A stretch of 40,188 nucleotides of DNA from a virus (IMGVR_UViG_2534681762_000013), one strand, 5' to 3'. Positions 27,761 to 38,814 are shown, numbered from the stretch's first letter. Notes: a model not told the origin generated them from the letters alone. Made by a program: numbers and translations.

Positions 27761-29871
27761 AGTTTTAATATCGGGTAAATCCCCCCTGATTTGTTCAGAT
27801 TTTCAACAGGGGGACAGTTATTGCCACGAGTCCAAGGGGCGCAAGCGCCCTGGTCGGCTGCCGCCTCCTGAACATCAACGGCCTTACGAACCTTTTTCCA
27901 CTTCACCGCGTGCGTGCAAATCTTGCCCTCTGCAATCGGGGACCAGATGCCATAGATACGGATACCGTGATCGCCGTAGGCGCTCGGTTCGTCGTTAAGC
28001 TCATAAGCCGTGCGGACAAGGTGATGTTTGCGGGGAACCAGCACGCCGCCCTGCTTCATGATGTAGGTGGCAAAGCAGCCCGCATCAGCCGCCGCCAGTA
28101 CCGCATCCAGACGCGGATTATCCAGTACCGGCGCACCCGCTTTGCGTTCGCCCTGCACTCTCGCCACCTGACCAGCCAGCAAGCGCAGCTCGCGGTATGC
28201 CTGACGCCCTGGAATACCAAAGAAACGAAATTGCTGGACACGGTGCAGTGACGCCCAGGCGCTGACATGCTCGGCACTGTCACGCAGCGATCTGCCGGTT
28301 TCTTTGCTGATTTCTTTAGCCAGCCCACGCCCGTCGATGTTCTTGCTGATGTATTTGGCGATGTAGCTGGTCGGCGTGCCCTTGCGCGGGTTGATTAGCT
28401 CGGATTTGAAGCGCGGCCCGGTGTTGGTGCCCAGCTCCTCGCGGTCTTCACGGATGGCAAACTTGCGCAGCATCGCAGTGATGAAACGGCGGTCTTTTTT
28501 GCGCATGAAGCACAACAGATGCCAGTGCACTGTGCCGTCATGGTGCGGCTCCGCAACGCGGACGCCATACCAGCGCAGCCCGGCCTTGTGCATTGCCTTG
28601 CGGAAAGCGGCGAACGTATCAACCAGATAGTCACTGCTCTGCCGGACTGTGGCACTGGTCCACTTCGGATTAGGTCTGCCGTTGTTGAGGGTTGCGTGGA
28701 AGCGTGACGGGCAGGTGATGGTATAGAACACTGCGCAGTCTCCGCGCATTTCCGCTATCAGCTCCAGTCCCTTAACACAGGCCATCATTTCATTACGGCG
28801 GTGTGCCGGGTTGCTGTTACTGGCGTTCACCACGTCTTCCATGTCCAGCGTGTCACCGTCTTCGTTGACCAGCTCATGTGAGCGGAAGAACTCCAGCGAT
28901 TTGCGGCGCTGCTCGCGCTTGTGGATCACGGCTTCATAGCTGACATACGGGGACGCTTTTTTGTTGACCAAGCAGACAGCACGCAGCTGTTCCTCCCGCC
29001 ACTCGCAGCGCATCTGCCACAATTTGCGATACCACCAGTCCGCGCACAGCATCCGCGCCAGCGACGGTGGGATCAGTTCATAGGGCACCGGCTTGCGTCG
29101 ACGCTTTTTGCGGCGTAACTGCTCAAACGCAGGCGGGATGATCTCAAGGCGCATCGCCTCTGCTGCAACCCTTTCCCATGCCTGGCGGATTTCTTCTGGT
29201 TTAACATCGTCGCTGACAAACAGATCACCGCAGGCCGCATCAAGACACATGCTCATATGAGCCGCAACCAGCGTGGAAAGACGCTTGACCTGATCCTGAT
29301 TCATTTCAGGCAGTACCAGCAGCCCCTCCAGCCCGTCATGACTTGCCATGAACCGGAAAGAGGCAGACACCTGACTGTCACGCACGCGCTCCAGCCGCTC
29401 AAGACAGGGCCTAATTGTTTCGCGCAGGTAGCGGGAATAGGCTTTTGCTCTGCCCAGGCTATGGAAATATTTAATCCGCTCCAGCAGAGGCTTGCTGATA
29501 TGGGACGGCATGGCGTTAACGTCAGCCAGAATGACCAGATCGGGATTAAAACGCTGCTGCTCGCGCGCCATTTTGGCACGACTAATCAGCCGGTCCTGCT
29601 CCATTTCGCGCTGGACAGGATCACGGGATTCATTGAAGAAATAGCGTTCCCAGACCTCATCGCTCAGCGTCTCACGGCGCAGCTGCTCCTGCTCGTTATC
29701 CGCAGCGTAAAGAGCAATCAGGTTTGAAAGCGCAGACCCCGGCGCAACTTCCGCCGGGTCCAGATATGGGTTAACCGCTTTTTTGGGGTTATTCCATGAA
29801 AAGGCCACGGCGGCCTCATTCGAGCCGCCGGTGGTTGGTGCATTATGTAATGTGAATTTACTCACTGCCAC
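27697..29871 (-). CDS. A: replication initiation endonuclease gpA-like (rolling-circle)
   Basis: 724 aa with the conserved [13 protein letters not shown] tyrosine motif and HWHLLCF histidine cluster. Confidence 0.9.
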   Translation of the reverse strand: MAVSKFTLHNAPTTGGSNEAAVAFSWNNPKKAVNPYLDPAEVAPGSALSNLIALYAADNEQEQLRRETLSDEVWERYFFNESRDPVQREMEQDRLISRAKMAREQQRFNPDLVILADVNAMPSHISKPLLERIKYFHSLGRAKAYSRYLRETIRPCLERLERVRDSQVSASFRFMASHDGLEGLLVLPEMNQDQVKRLSTLVAAHMSMCLDAACGDLFVSDDVKPEEIRQAWERVAAEAMRLEIIPPAFEQLRRKKRRRKPVPYELIPPSLARMLCADWWYRKLWQMRCEWREEQLRAVCLVNKKASPYVSYEAVIHKREQRRKSLEFFRSHELVNEDGDTLDMEDVVNASNSNPAHRRNEMMACVKGLELIAEMRGDCAVFYTITCPSRFHATLNNGRPNPKWTSATVRQSSDYLVDTFAAFRKAMHKAGLRWYGVRVAEPHHDGTVHWHLLCFMRKKDRRFITAMLRKFAIREDREELGTNTGPRFKSELINPRKGTPTSYIAKYISKNIDGRGLAKEISKETGRSLRDSAEHVSAWASLHRVQQFRFFGIPGRQAYRELRLLAGQVARVQGERKAGAPVLDNPRLDAVLAAADAGCFATYIMKQGGVLVPRKHHLVRTAYELNDEPSAYGDHGIRIYGIWSPIAEGKICTHAVKWKKVRKAVDVQEAAADQGACAPWTRGNNCPPVENLNKSGGIYPILKLWMRGSCRNISTTWARRNGGS

Positions 29872-30722
29872 GCCCGCACCTCAGTTTCCACCGAGATATC
29901 TGGACCGGACGCCAAATCGACACCAAACCAGCCAGCTGATTTTGTGGCGATGATTTCTGCTGCAGATTTACTCTCGCCGGCAGCCACACCCATGCTGCGC
30001 TTTGCGGTGATGCGATGGCGGGTAAAATTACGATAAAGCGAACGGGTCAGGGACGTGTCGCTGTTGGACACGATAACCGGATGACCTTCTGATGACCGGC
30101 GCTCAAGAATAGACGCCAGATGATACTGATCGTCTTCTGTAAAACCGGCAGTGTGATAACCGCTAAATGTGCCATCGTATGGCGGATCACAATAAACAAC
30201 ATCACCAGCCTGCAGCAGCGCCAGTGTTTCGTCATAGCTGGCACAGATAAACGTTGCGCGTTGAGCCTTTTCTGCAAAAGCGCGTATTTCACTTTCAGGA
30301 AAATACGGATTTTTATAATTACCGTAAGGGACATTAAAATGACCGCTCAAATTATAGCGGCACAACCCACGATAACCATGGCGATTAAGATAAAGGAAAA
30401 ATACAGCTTTCCAGAAATCGGTGGTTTCAGCCGAATGATTAAAATCCTGACGGATGTTGTAATAAGACTCAGCGCTATTTGTGCCTGAAAAGAATCCTTT
30501 TGAATTTGAAATAAATTTCTCGCAGTCAAATGCAATATGCTTAAAAAGATTTATCAGGTCTGGGTTAATATCCGCGACAAGATAATGAGGATAGTCTGTC
30601 GCCATCATTACAGCGCATGAACCCGCGAAAGGTTCAACCAGTCGCGTGCCAGCAGGAAGATGCTTAATCAGTTCCGGCATGATGGAGGTTTTATTTCCCG
30701 CCCATTTCAGAATAGTGCTCAT
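29862..30722 (-). CDS. Dam-like DNA N6-adenine methyltransferase
   Basis: 286 aa from [11 protein letters not shown]; motif I region [11 protein letters not shown] and motif IV DPPY ([11 protein letters not shown]); start overlaps the upstream stop (ATGA). Confidence 0.85.
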   Translation of the reverse strand: MSTILKWAGNKTSIMPELIKHLPAGTRLVEPFAGSCAVMMATDYPHYLVADINPDLINLFKHIAFDCEKFISNSKGFFSGTNSAESYYNIRQDFNHSAETTDFWKAVFFLYLNRHGYRGLCRYNLSGHFNVPYGNYKNPYFPESEIRAFAEKAQRATFICASYDETLALLQAGDVVYCDPPYDGTFSGYHTAGFTEDDQYHLASILERRSSEGHPVIVSNSDTSLTRSLYRNFTRHRITAKRSMGVAAGESKSAAEIIATKSAGWFGVDLASGPDISVETEVRAWQ

Positions 30723-30946
30723 ACAGCACCCCCGTTGTAGTGTTTGCCTTTCAGCTCTGCGATTTCCTGACAAGTGACGCAGCACTGCACGCCCGGAATG
30801 GCGCGGCGGCGAGCTGGCGGGATCGGCGCATCGCAATCAATGCAGAGAACACGGGAAACGCCCGGCGTTTTATTGCGGGCGGTGTGGATATGGCGCGGGC
30901 GTTCTTCTTCAACGCGCTGCTGTACAAGGTCCATTGAATCAGCCAT
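30719..30946 (-). CDS. TraR/DksA-family C4 zinc-finger protein
   Basis: 75 aa with CIDCDAPIPPARRRAIPGVQCCVTCQ. Confidence 0.65.
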   Translation of the reverse strand: MADSMDLVQQRVEEERPRHIHTARNKTPGVSRVLCIDCDAPIPPARRRAIPGVQCCVTCQEIAELKGKHYNGGAV

Positions 30947-31179
30947 CAGTGGATCTCCTGCGCTTCGTTCTGAATCTTCACAGCTTCCTGACGCAGCAGC
31001 TCAGCCGCTTCCGTGTGGTTAAGCTGACGTGACACGATACGAGCAGCTAAAGAATCCAGACGCGCAGCCATCACATCTGCGCGTCCCCGGCGTTCTTCTT
31101 TGCGTGCCTCAGTCAGCAACAGGTTGAGACCAGCATCATCTGGTCCGGTTTTAGTGGTACGGGTTTCAATATTTCGCAT
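30946..31179 (-). CDS. hypothetical early-region protein
   Basis: 77-aa ORF tightly packed within the early operon. Confidence 0.45.
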   Translation of the reverse strand: MRNIETRTTKTGPDDAGLNLLLTEARKEERRGRADVMAARLDSLAARIVSRQLNHTEAAELLRQEAVKIQNEAQEIH

Positions 31180-31246
31180 AGTTGTTTCTCCTGAATTTGG
31201 GCAATAAGAAGCCCGGCGGGTTTACGCCATTAATTTCTGTTGTGGA

Positions 31247-31588
31247 TTAATTCGGCATGGTTAGCCGTTTGGGAAATAAGCTCACCACTGCACGAAAATG
31301 ATTCATTGCTTTCACCAGTTCCCGCTTTTCGTCAGTAGTCAGATCACTAATATTGACGCCGTGACGTTCTGCCGGAATTTTTGCCATATAAAAAATGGCT
31401 GCCAGTGCCCGCTCATTCTGTTTATTATTTACGTCGCGTGGATCGCGCATATCTTTAATAAACCTTTCAAGCTCCGGCTCAATATTCAGGCCAAACACTT
31501 TAGCTCTCAATTCCGCAATATGATTCAATGCGTCCAGCCTTTTACCGGGGCTTAATGGAACAGTCGCTGCAGCGCCTTCAATAGCCAT
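31247..31588 (-). CDS. hypothetical early-region protein
   Basis: 113-aa ORF in the early operon; no motif recognised. Confidence 0.45.
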   Translation of the reverse strand: MAIEGAAATVPLSPGKRLDALNHIAELRAKVFGLNIEPELERFIKDMRDPRDVNNKQNERALAAIFYMAKIPAERHGVNISDLTTDEKRELVKAMNHFRAVVSLFPKRLTMPN

Positions 31589-31758
31589 GATTTCCCCTGT
31601 TTGGTTGTGGACAGGTCAGCCAGCAGTTCATCCTGAGAGCGGCACGGGTGCCAGCGTTTGCCATCCTTCCCCATGATCCAGCCGTGACCGTAGTGCATTG
31701 CCGGGCTTTGCTTTATGAGAAGTGACGCAAAAGAGGGTTCTTTAGTCAGCATAACCAC
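31552..31758 (-). CDS. hypothetical early-region protein
   Basis: 68-aa ORF immediately downstream of the CII-like gene. Confidence 0.4.
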   Translation of the reverse strand: MVMLTKEPSFASLLIKQSPAMHYGHGWIMGKDGKRWHPCRSQDELLADLSTTKQGKSWLLKALQRLFH

Positions 31759-31759
31759 C

Positions 31760-32269
31760 TCAGATCAGACCAAACGAAGCGCCGAGGCCCGTCACGGTAT
31801 CCACCGCGCTTGCCATCGCCGGGTTAGCCTGTAAACGCGCCTGCATCGAAACGGCAGCCAGTGCCATCAGACGAGTAACAGAGTTAATGCTGCTGATAAC
31901 ATCGCGGCGGCCTGCGGTGGTTTTCACATCACCCGATACGGCACCGGCAGCAACACGTCCGATTTCAGCAGTAGCGCTCATGACGTAATGCGGCAGCTTC
32001 TCTTTTGCCACTTCATTCAATGGCACGCACGGCAGGCAATGGATTTGAGCCAGAAAACCGTCAACCAGCGTTGAGTCTTCTGTGATATCAGTCAGCAGCC
32101 AGATCTCCGGCGGGGTAAGTTGATGCGGTTGCTCCGGGTTCAGCTTGTTGCGCAGCGTCTGGACATTCATTCCTGCGCGTTCTGCCAGCTTCGCCATGTT
32201 GTGACGCAGCGAGAAAGCCCGGCAGGCTTCATCAAAATGCGGATGTTTGGAAATCTTATAATCAAACAT
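31760..32269 (-). CDS. cII: 186 CII-like transcriptional activator
   Basis: 169 aa MFDYKISKHPHFDEACRAFSLRHNMAKLAERAGMNVQTLRNKLNPEQPHQLTPPEIWLLTD..., closely matching remembered 186 CII in sequence and length. Confidence 0.75.
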   Translation of the reverse strand: MFDYKISKHPHFDEACRAFSLRHNMAKLAERAGMNVQTLRNKLNPEQPHQLTPPEIWLLTDITEDSTLVDGFLAQIHCLPCVPLNEVAKEKLPHYVMSATAEIGRVAAGAVSGDVKTTAGRRDVISSINSVTRLMALAAVSMQARLQANPAMASAVDTVTGLGASFGLI

Positions 32270-32301
32270 GTTTCATACCTCAAAAGTTCACATAATTGAA
32301 C

Positions 32302-32550
32302 TTAACAACCAACTACAACGTTGTAATTGAATGCAGACTTGTCCATGTTTTTGCTTGCTTGGTCTTTTTTGTACTTGAGGTAAAGGATGAATACGCGGCC
32401 TTTGTTTTTTTCTTTCTTTTCAATGTAGTTAGCCAATTTACCGTTATGAATCATCTGATAAACAGAACCACGGGAATACCCTTCCCACTTAGCAAACTCG
32501 GCTGGCGTCGCTATCACTTTTGGTACACGAATTGAAATATCAGTGCTCAT
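32302..32550 (-). CDS. apl: Apl/Cox-type excisionase and lytic-promoter regulator
   Basis: 82-aa HTH-like ORF, first gene of the lytic operon, divergent from cI as in 186. Confidence 0.6.
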   Translation of the reverse strand: MSTDISIRVPKVIATPAEFAKWEGYSRGSVYQMIHNGKLANYIEKKEKNKGRVFILYLKYKKDQASKNMDKSAFNYNVVVGC

Positions 32551-32595
32551 AGTGCAGTATCTCTCGGTTAAGGTTTGGTTTACGTCGTTTTATCT

Positions 32596-32676
32596 TGTTT
32601 TATACGATTCAAGAGTTGATACGAAAAGATACTACGATCCAATATTTGATACGTCAATAGGATTAAAAAATGATAC
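32596..32676. promoter_or_regulatory. lysis-lysogeny switch region with repeated GATAC-containing operator-like motifs
   Basis: TTGATACG at 32616..32623 and 32646..32653 (30 bp apart), plus GATAC variants at 32628 and 32672, in the 119-bp interval between divergent apl and cI. Confidence 0.35.
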
Positions 32677-33302
32677 AGGTAAAGACAGGCGAGAACACCG
32701 GGGGTAGAGAGGCCATCCATAGGCTAATGGCAGCCTACGATTTCAAATCAAGACAGCAATTGTGCGACCATCTTGGCGCATCTAAAAGCACCATGGCAAA
32801 CAGATACTTAAGAGATAGTTTCCCTGCAGAATGGGTAATTCAGTGCGCTCTTGAGACAGGCGTTTCTTTACTCTGGCTTACCACAGGGCAAGGCGAGCCG
32901 GGTTCAAATATTGACATGCAAAAAGATATCAATTTCGTGAACTCCGGCAAAGTTAAACACCTTTCTGACCTTGTTTCTCCCGAAATTGACAAAGTGACAC
33001 TTTCTAGCGGCTCTTTGGTGGATACAGGTAAAGCAATCATTGACAGCAGCTTGCTTCCTTCCAATTCCAGTAACTTACTCTTAGTAAATACCGGTGGTGA
33101 TTCATACCTAGTGGATCGCAGCCAAACACCACCAGTAAATGGGGTGTGGTTGGTCGATATTGATGGAATAAAAAGTATTGTGAAGTTAACCCGTATCCCC
33201 GGAAACAGATTGGTAGTTCATCAAGATGAATCATCTTTTGAGTGCAGCCTGGATGATATCGAGGTTGTAGGCCACGTCTTAAAAGTTATTAAGAGCCTTT
33301 GA
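32670..33302 (+). CDS. cI: 186 CI-like immunity repressor
   Basis: 210 aa; N-terminal HTH region ...MANRYLRDSFPAEWVIQCALETGVSLLWLTTGQG resembles 186 CI; immediately upstream of int. Confidence 0.78.
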   Translation: MIQVKTGENTGGREAIHRLMAAYDFKSRQQLCDHLGASKSTMANRYLRDSFPAEWVIQCALETGVSLLWLTTGQGEPGSNIDMQKDINFVNSGKVKHLSDLVSPEIDKVTLSSGSLVDTGKAIIDSSLLPSNSSNLLLVNTGGDSYLVDRSQTPPVNGVWLVDIDGIKSIVKLTRIPGNRLVVHQDESSFECSLDDIEVVGHVLKVIKSL

Positions 33303-33303
33303 T

Positions 33304-34329
33304 ATGACCATCAGAAAACAGCCAAACGGGAAATGGTTGTGTGAGTGCTACCCTAGCGGGCGCGATGGCAAGCGCGTGCGCAAGCAATTTGCGACGAAAG
33401 GCGAGGCCATAGCATTCGAAAACTTCACAATGGATGAAGTGAACAAAAAGCCATGGCTAGGCGAAAAGGATGATCGGCGCCAATTGTCAGAAGTAATTAA
33501 GCAGTGGCATTCACTTTACGGACAGACTCTTGCTGACCCCAAGCGCCTGATGGCAAAACTTAACATTATTTGTAATGGCCTGGGTGATCCCATTGCCTCG
33601 GAGCTGACTGCCGGTGACTTTACAAAATACCGTGAAGCACGCCTAAAAGGTGAAGTCAAAAATGAAGATGGCTTGCCTATGTCGCCAGTTAAGCCCCGCA
33701 CGGTAAACCTTGAACAACGCAACCTATCATCAGTTTTTGGCACGCTGAAAAAGCTGGGCCACTGGTCAGCCCCCAACCCACTCGCCGGGCTTCCAACATT
33801 TAAAATCGCAGAGGGGGAGCTGGCGTTCCTGGCGCCGGAAGAAATTAAACGCCTGCTGGATGCCTGCGCTGATTCAGAAAACCCCAGCCTGCTCATGATT
33901 GCAAAAATCTGCTTAGCTACCGGCGCCCGCTGGAGTGAAGCCGAAAACCTGCAGGGCCATCAGTTATCTAAATACCGAATCACCTACACCAAAACAAAGG
34001 GCAAGAAAAACCGAACGGTTCCTATATCTCAGGCGCTGTATGACGAGTTACCAAAGAACCGAGGGAAGTTATTCACGCCATGCAGAAAAGCCTTTGAGCG
34101 TGCAGTCAAGCGGGCAAGCATTGACTTGCCAGAGGGCCAATGCACCCACGTTCTGCGCCATACTTTCGCCAGTCATTTTATGATGAACGGCGGAAATATA
34201 CTGGTACTGCGCGATATTCTGGGCCACGCCGATATTAAAATGACAATGATTTACGCCCACTTCGCACCCGACCACCTGGAAGATGCAGTGACAAAAAACC
34301 CGCTTCACAATCTCAACTGGAACCGTTAA
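33304..34329 (+). CDS. int: tyrosine integrase (P2/186 Int family)
   Basis: 341 aa with the C-terminal catalytic region HVLRHTFASHFMMNGGNILVLRDILGHADIKMTMIYAHF (R...HxxR...Y); adjacent to attR. Confidence 0.9.
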   Translation: MTIRKQPNGKWLCECYPSGRDGKRVRKQFATKGEAIAFENFTMDEVNKKPWLGEKDDRRQLSEVIKQWHSLYGQTLADPKRLMAKLNIICNGLGDPIASELTAGDFTKYREARLKGEVKNEDGLPMSPVKPRTVNLEQRNLSSVFGTLKKLGHWSAPNPLAGLPTFKIAEGELAFLAPEEIKRLLDACADSENPSLLMIAKICLATGARWSEAENLQGHQLSKYRITYTKTKGKKNRTVPISQALYDELPKNRGKLFTPCRKAFERAVKRASIDLPEGQCTHVLRHTFASHFMMNGGNILVLRDILGHADIKMTMIYAHFAPDHLEDAVTKNPLHNLNWNR

Positions 34330-34446
34330 TTTATGGCGGCACTTTGGCGGCACAGACTTAAAATCACATAAAACCCGACAAATACAAAAAACAATAACGT
34401 GATGATTTTAAAAGTAAATGTATGTTTTTATTAGGCTAACAATGGT

Positions 34447-34484
34447 ATGTAGGAATTTCGGACGCGGGTTCAACTCCCGCCAGC
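34447..34484. repeat. attR core: second copy of the 38-bp ssrA 3'-end repeat
   Basis: Identical to 1016..1053. Confidence 0.75.
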
Positions 34485-34613
34485 CAATCATGATTGGACG
34501 GTATAAGGACAACACCAATAAAAACAGGAAGTTAGCAGTCTCAGCAGGACACCGACCAGACGGTGAAGAGACATAAAAGGATACGCAAAGGAGCCGCGGC
34601 TCCTGGTGACATG

Positions 34614-34638
34614 AAAGCCCACAGATGTGGGCTTTTTC
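34614..34638 (+). terminator. intrinsic terminator-like hairpin
   Basis: AAGCCCA-CAGATG-TGGGCTT followed by TTTT. Confidence 0.4.
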
Positions 34639-34646
34639 GTTGATGG

Positions 34647-37600
34647 TCAGAACGACCAGTTCACACCAGCTACCCCGTTCCACGGGGATTCCACACCGGC
34701 ACCATGGCTATACCCCACCCCAAGATGCCCGCTTAACGTACTGCTGAATGAGGCTTTAATACCTGCCTGGTATATTCCACGTCTGCCCGACAAATCATTG
34801 ACGAAATTACCGTCACTATTCACTTTCACCCGGTTATCATCGACAAATTCTTTGCGCACAGCCGCCTTCAGCCACGGCTCAACTTCCATACCGTTCCCCA
34901 GACGCATGTTGTAACTCAGCGTTGCACCCAGTTCACGATATAAACTGCGGGTATCGACTGATTTCGATTCCATGCCATTGGATAAATGATATTCAGGGTT
35001 ATCAGCGGTGAACCCCCGTTAACGATGCATACGGCGTCAGGTTCCAGTTACCATCGGTAAATCGCATCCCGGTTTCAATGTGACCGCCCAGCCCGTTGCT
35101 GCGATAACTGCCGTTGGCGGCTCCACCGCTGCCAACCGTGGAGTCGCGAGCTTCGGTACCTGCTAATACCAATAAATTACCGCCATTTTCCAGCAACATA
35201 TTGGTCGCTAAATTGCCGGAAATGGAAAAAGTGCCGTACTGGTGAGTACCGCTGATTTCAATACCGTTAGCCGTGCTCGTCTGGAGAGCGGCACCGCTGT
35301 TCTGGACGATATCTGTCGCTTTGCCATTATCGTTAACTGTCAGCGTACCGCCTTCATTGATCTTTGTTTTTATTGCCTCTCCGTTAGCTGAAACTGTTTG
35401 TATTCCGCCGTCGTTAATCGTTGTCTCATTCGCCACCCCCTCGACGATTTGTTCGCCGCCGGTGAGCGTCGTGCCTGTCGCAGTGGCTTTTGTTTTGACG
35501 ATCTCCCGTCCGCCCGTATTGACCTGTGTTTTGTCAGAAGAGGTGTCTGACTCCACGGTTAACACGCCGCCATTTGCCAGCAGGATATTGTTCGCCGCAC
35601 CCTGCTCGATGCTGAACGCGACGCCATCCGCGCGTGTTCCTGTGACCCGCGTCGCCCTGGTGGTTGCAACCAAAGCGCCCTGGCTACTCTGCTGTATCCC
35701 CGTTGCGCTGCCTTTCTCCCGCACATCGAGTGTGCCGCCGTCATTAAGCACCGAGTTTTCAGCCAGACCGCCCTCATTAACTACCTGTGAACACCCATTA
35801 ATAATGGAACCTTCCGCTATCCCGTTTGCCATAATTTGTTGTAGGCCAGAGACGATATCGGTATTGATCGCCTTACCATAATTCTGAACAGTTTGTGTGC
35901 CGCCATTGATGTGCGTTTTGTCAGTTGACCCACCATCAACAATTTGTTCACCACTTTCAATATTTGCCTCAGTGGCTAAACCATATACCGTTTGCTTGCC
36001 ACCTTTGATATTTGCTTTATCAGAAGTGGCACTGGCATATATTGTTTGGGTGCCAGCACTATTAAGTACAGTGCCAACATCTTTTCCATAAACATCCATT
36101 TTGCCGTTGGCATTAATAATCGTATCAACTGCCCGGGAACCAGTGACGACTGTTAATGAGCCAGCGTTTTCCAGCACTACATTTTTAGCTTCTGAATTCC
36201 TGATGTAGAAAGCATCACCATAACTGTTGGTTCCTTCGATAAGGGTTCCGGAAGTTGTGGAAGCAATTAATGCGCCGCCGGATTGTTGCTCAACATGCTT
36301 AGCCTCACCACCGTCCTGAACCTCCAGAACGCCACCATTATTAAGTCTGGTGGTATCTGTTTTAGCCTCCTTCTGGACAATCAGCTTACCGCCAGCATCA
36401 ACGGTAGTATTTTTCGCCGAGGTTTTAGCCACTACCGTCAGTTCGCCGGTATTTTCCAGCACAACATAATTAGCCTCCCCTCCGGTAATAGTGAAGTGAG
36501 AGAGCTTGTTGTATCCTTCAATATCAGTCCCTGCGCCCGTGTTGGCAACTAAAGCACTGCCCGTCTCCTGGTTAACCCCATGTGCAATACCGCCGGTATA
36601 GACAATCAGCGAGCCTCCGGCGCTAATATTGCTGCCAATTGCCGTACCATCTTTCTCAACAACTTGCTGGCTCCCGGAGGATATAATTGTTGTGTCAGCT
36701 TTCCCACCGCTTTTGATATTTTGCGTTCCGCTGTTGATATTGGTGCCTGTGGCTATGCCATAATTATTAAGATTCTGTGTGCCACCATTAATTATGGTAT
36801 TTGTCGCGTTTCCTGCAACATCCATAACCCCGCCATTATCTATTCGGGTCGCATCAGCTTTAGCATTCGTTAAAACTGACATTGTTCCTTTATCTTTAAT
36901 AATCGTCTTGTTTGCGGAATGAGATACTTCTAAATGGCCTCCATTTTCCAGCAACACATTGTCTTCCACTTTATTGTGGATGGAGAATGCACCTTCACTA
37001 TTCGTACCGCTCACCGTCGTACCGTTAGTGTTTGTTTTTAAAATTGCACCATCGTGCTGGGTAACATTTGTTGCCGTACCACCACTAACATCAAGCACGC
37101 CACCGGAATAAACTTCAATAACATCCGAGGTGCTGGTGTTATCAACAATTTGCGTGCCACCAGAATAGATCTGCGTAATTTTTGCCGTTGACTTACTATT
37201 CAGAGACTGAGTTCCGCCTTCAATCGTCGTGTCCAGCGCACGGCTCTCATATACTCTTTGCTCACCGCCATTTTTAATGGTTGTTGTTTCTACTGTGCTC
37301 TGTTCAACATACTGTCGACCACCATTTATGGTTGTGTTCGTTGCCAGACTTCCTTGTACTACGTCCTGAGAGCCAGACTTATTTATCGTTGTACCATCAG
37401 CATGCCCTTGAACTTTTACTATCTGGCTACCACCATCAATGAGTATTCCATTCGCACTCCCTCCCTCTACGCGTGAAGCACCGCCCTTAATTGTCGTTCC
37501 ATTGCTGATACCCCCTTTATAAACGTCCTGATTGCCACTCTCGATTGTCGTACCTGTGGAAATACCCCCGTCATGAATTGACTGTCTGCCACCGTTAATG

Positions 37601-37911
37601 GTTGTATTATTAGCCTGCCCCACAAAATTGTTATGACTTCCTATATCTTGATATCCACCAGATTCAATAAGACTTCCATTAGATACCCCGCCATGAACAT
37701 TCTGCTGGCCATGGTTGATAATATGAGTGTTATTTGTTGTACCTCGTTCATCCACTTTTTGGTTGCCATCTACAGTCTCATCGTTTACCACACCAATAAC
37801 ATCAGGAGTGAAGGCCGCCATACCGGGCGGGGCATATATCAAGGCAGATATCAATAAGGAAAGTACTGAGCGGCGACAATAATGGGGACTGGTCCTGTTC
37901 ATAAATTTCAT
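34647..37911 (-). pseudogene. autotransporter adhesin-like gene, disrupted
   Basis: Signal peptide (MKFMNRTSPHYCRRSVLSLLISALIYA) and a roughly 970-aa passenger of degenerate Gly/Thr/Asn-rich repeats in one frame (to 35002); the last ~108 aa of a beta-barrel ending ...GVNWSF lie in another frame (34647..34973); total barrel region too short for a complete translocator. Confidence 0.65.
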
Positions 37912-38240
37912 CCTCTGAAAAGTGAATACTGAGTAGCGTTTAAGCGACCTTAGCTCTGCTGCAACATCAGCCCACAGGCACCAGACCAGGGGATTCATCC
38001 TGAAGAGACAGCGCAAGTGTATTGTGTTCACCGCTCATCAAAGACATCATGATGAAATGATGATATTCCACATAAGAAAGAAGCATTTTTTAAACGCAGT
38101 GCGCTGAAGTATGGTTGGATAAAAAAGTCAATCTATTCAGGGAATACGGGGGTATTCTTTTCTTTCGACAATCAGGTCGTCGGCAAAATAAAATGATTTA
38201 CATAATCGTTTCTGATGAATATCTTCTGCTCACATAAAAA

Positions 38241-38476
38241 TCACACAATAACTTTGAGATCGCAGATTCTTTTACTTTTACAGCATTCGTCCCCCCATTG
38301 TTGGGCAAATATAGATTGGGCCAGAGCACGAAAGTTAATACCACGTTTGCACAGCTCCTCCAACAGCACGACAAGATGCCACATACTGCGCCCCAGTCGG
38401 TTCGGTTTACAGACTACCCGTGCGTCCACCGCCGATAATGTCCTGAGCAGTTTTTTCAGTCCGGACCTCCTGCCAC
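38241..38476 (-). pseudogene. serine invertase (Pin-like) gene fragment
   Basis: Translation ...GLKKLLRTLSAVDARVVCKPNRLGRSMWHLVVLLEELCKRGINFRALAQSI aligns to the central part of the intact invertase at 8375..8932; lacks the N-terminal catalytic serine and C-terminal HTH. Confidence 0.6.
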
Positions 38477-38644
38477 GGTTTTACGTTGAAGAGGTAACCC
38501 TGAGCACGCAGTTCATCAGTCAGGCGTGGTGTACCGTAACCCTATTATTGATGGGTAAGATCAAAAAAACTTTCAGGCAGCTAAGGAAAGTTGAACCAGA
38601 CATTAGAATAAATATTTCAACCAATTACAGCACCAATTCAGACA

Positions 38645-38720
38645 CCGCCAGCTCAACAAATAAATCAAGGGGTTACGTGAAAGCGTAGCCCCTTTTTCTT
38701 TGGTAGTGGCAGCAAAATGG
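38645..38720. repeat. third, degenerate copy of the ssrA 3' end and terminator flank
   Basis: CCGCCAGCTCAACAAATAAATCAAGGGGTTACGTGAAAGCGTAGCCCCTTTTTCTTTGGTAGTGGCAGCAAAATGG is a near copy of 1046..1124. Confidence 0.6.
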
Positions 38721-38814
38721 TTGTAGTGTAAAAAATAATCCCGTTTAATCAATCAATAATACATATTGTTTCAATCTACGTTATTATCTCTTTGTAAAAA
38801 TAGCCATTTATTAA

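Larger units (their letters stand above)
1054..34484. mobile_element. P2/186-family prophage integrated at the ssrA 3' end
   Basis: Bounded by the 38-bp direct repeats; ogr-proximal end next to attL and the tyrosine integrase next to attR; contains a full set of P2-like morphogenesis genes and 186-like early genes. Confidence 0.85.
34485..38644. mobile_element. remnant island between the prophage attR and a degenerate third copy of the ssrA flank
   Basis: No integrase; contains a degraded autotransporter and an invertase fragment; ends where ssrA-terminator-like sequence resumes at 38645. Confidence 0.45.
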
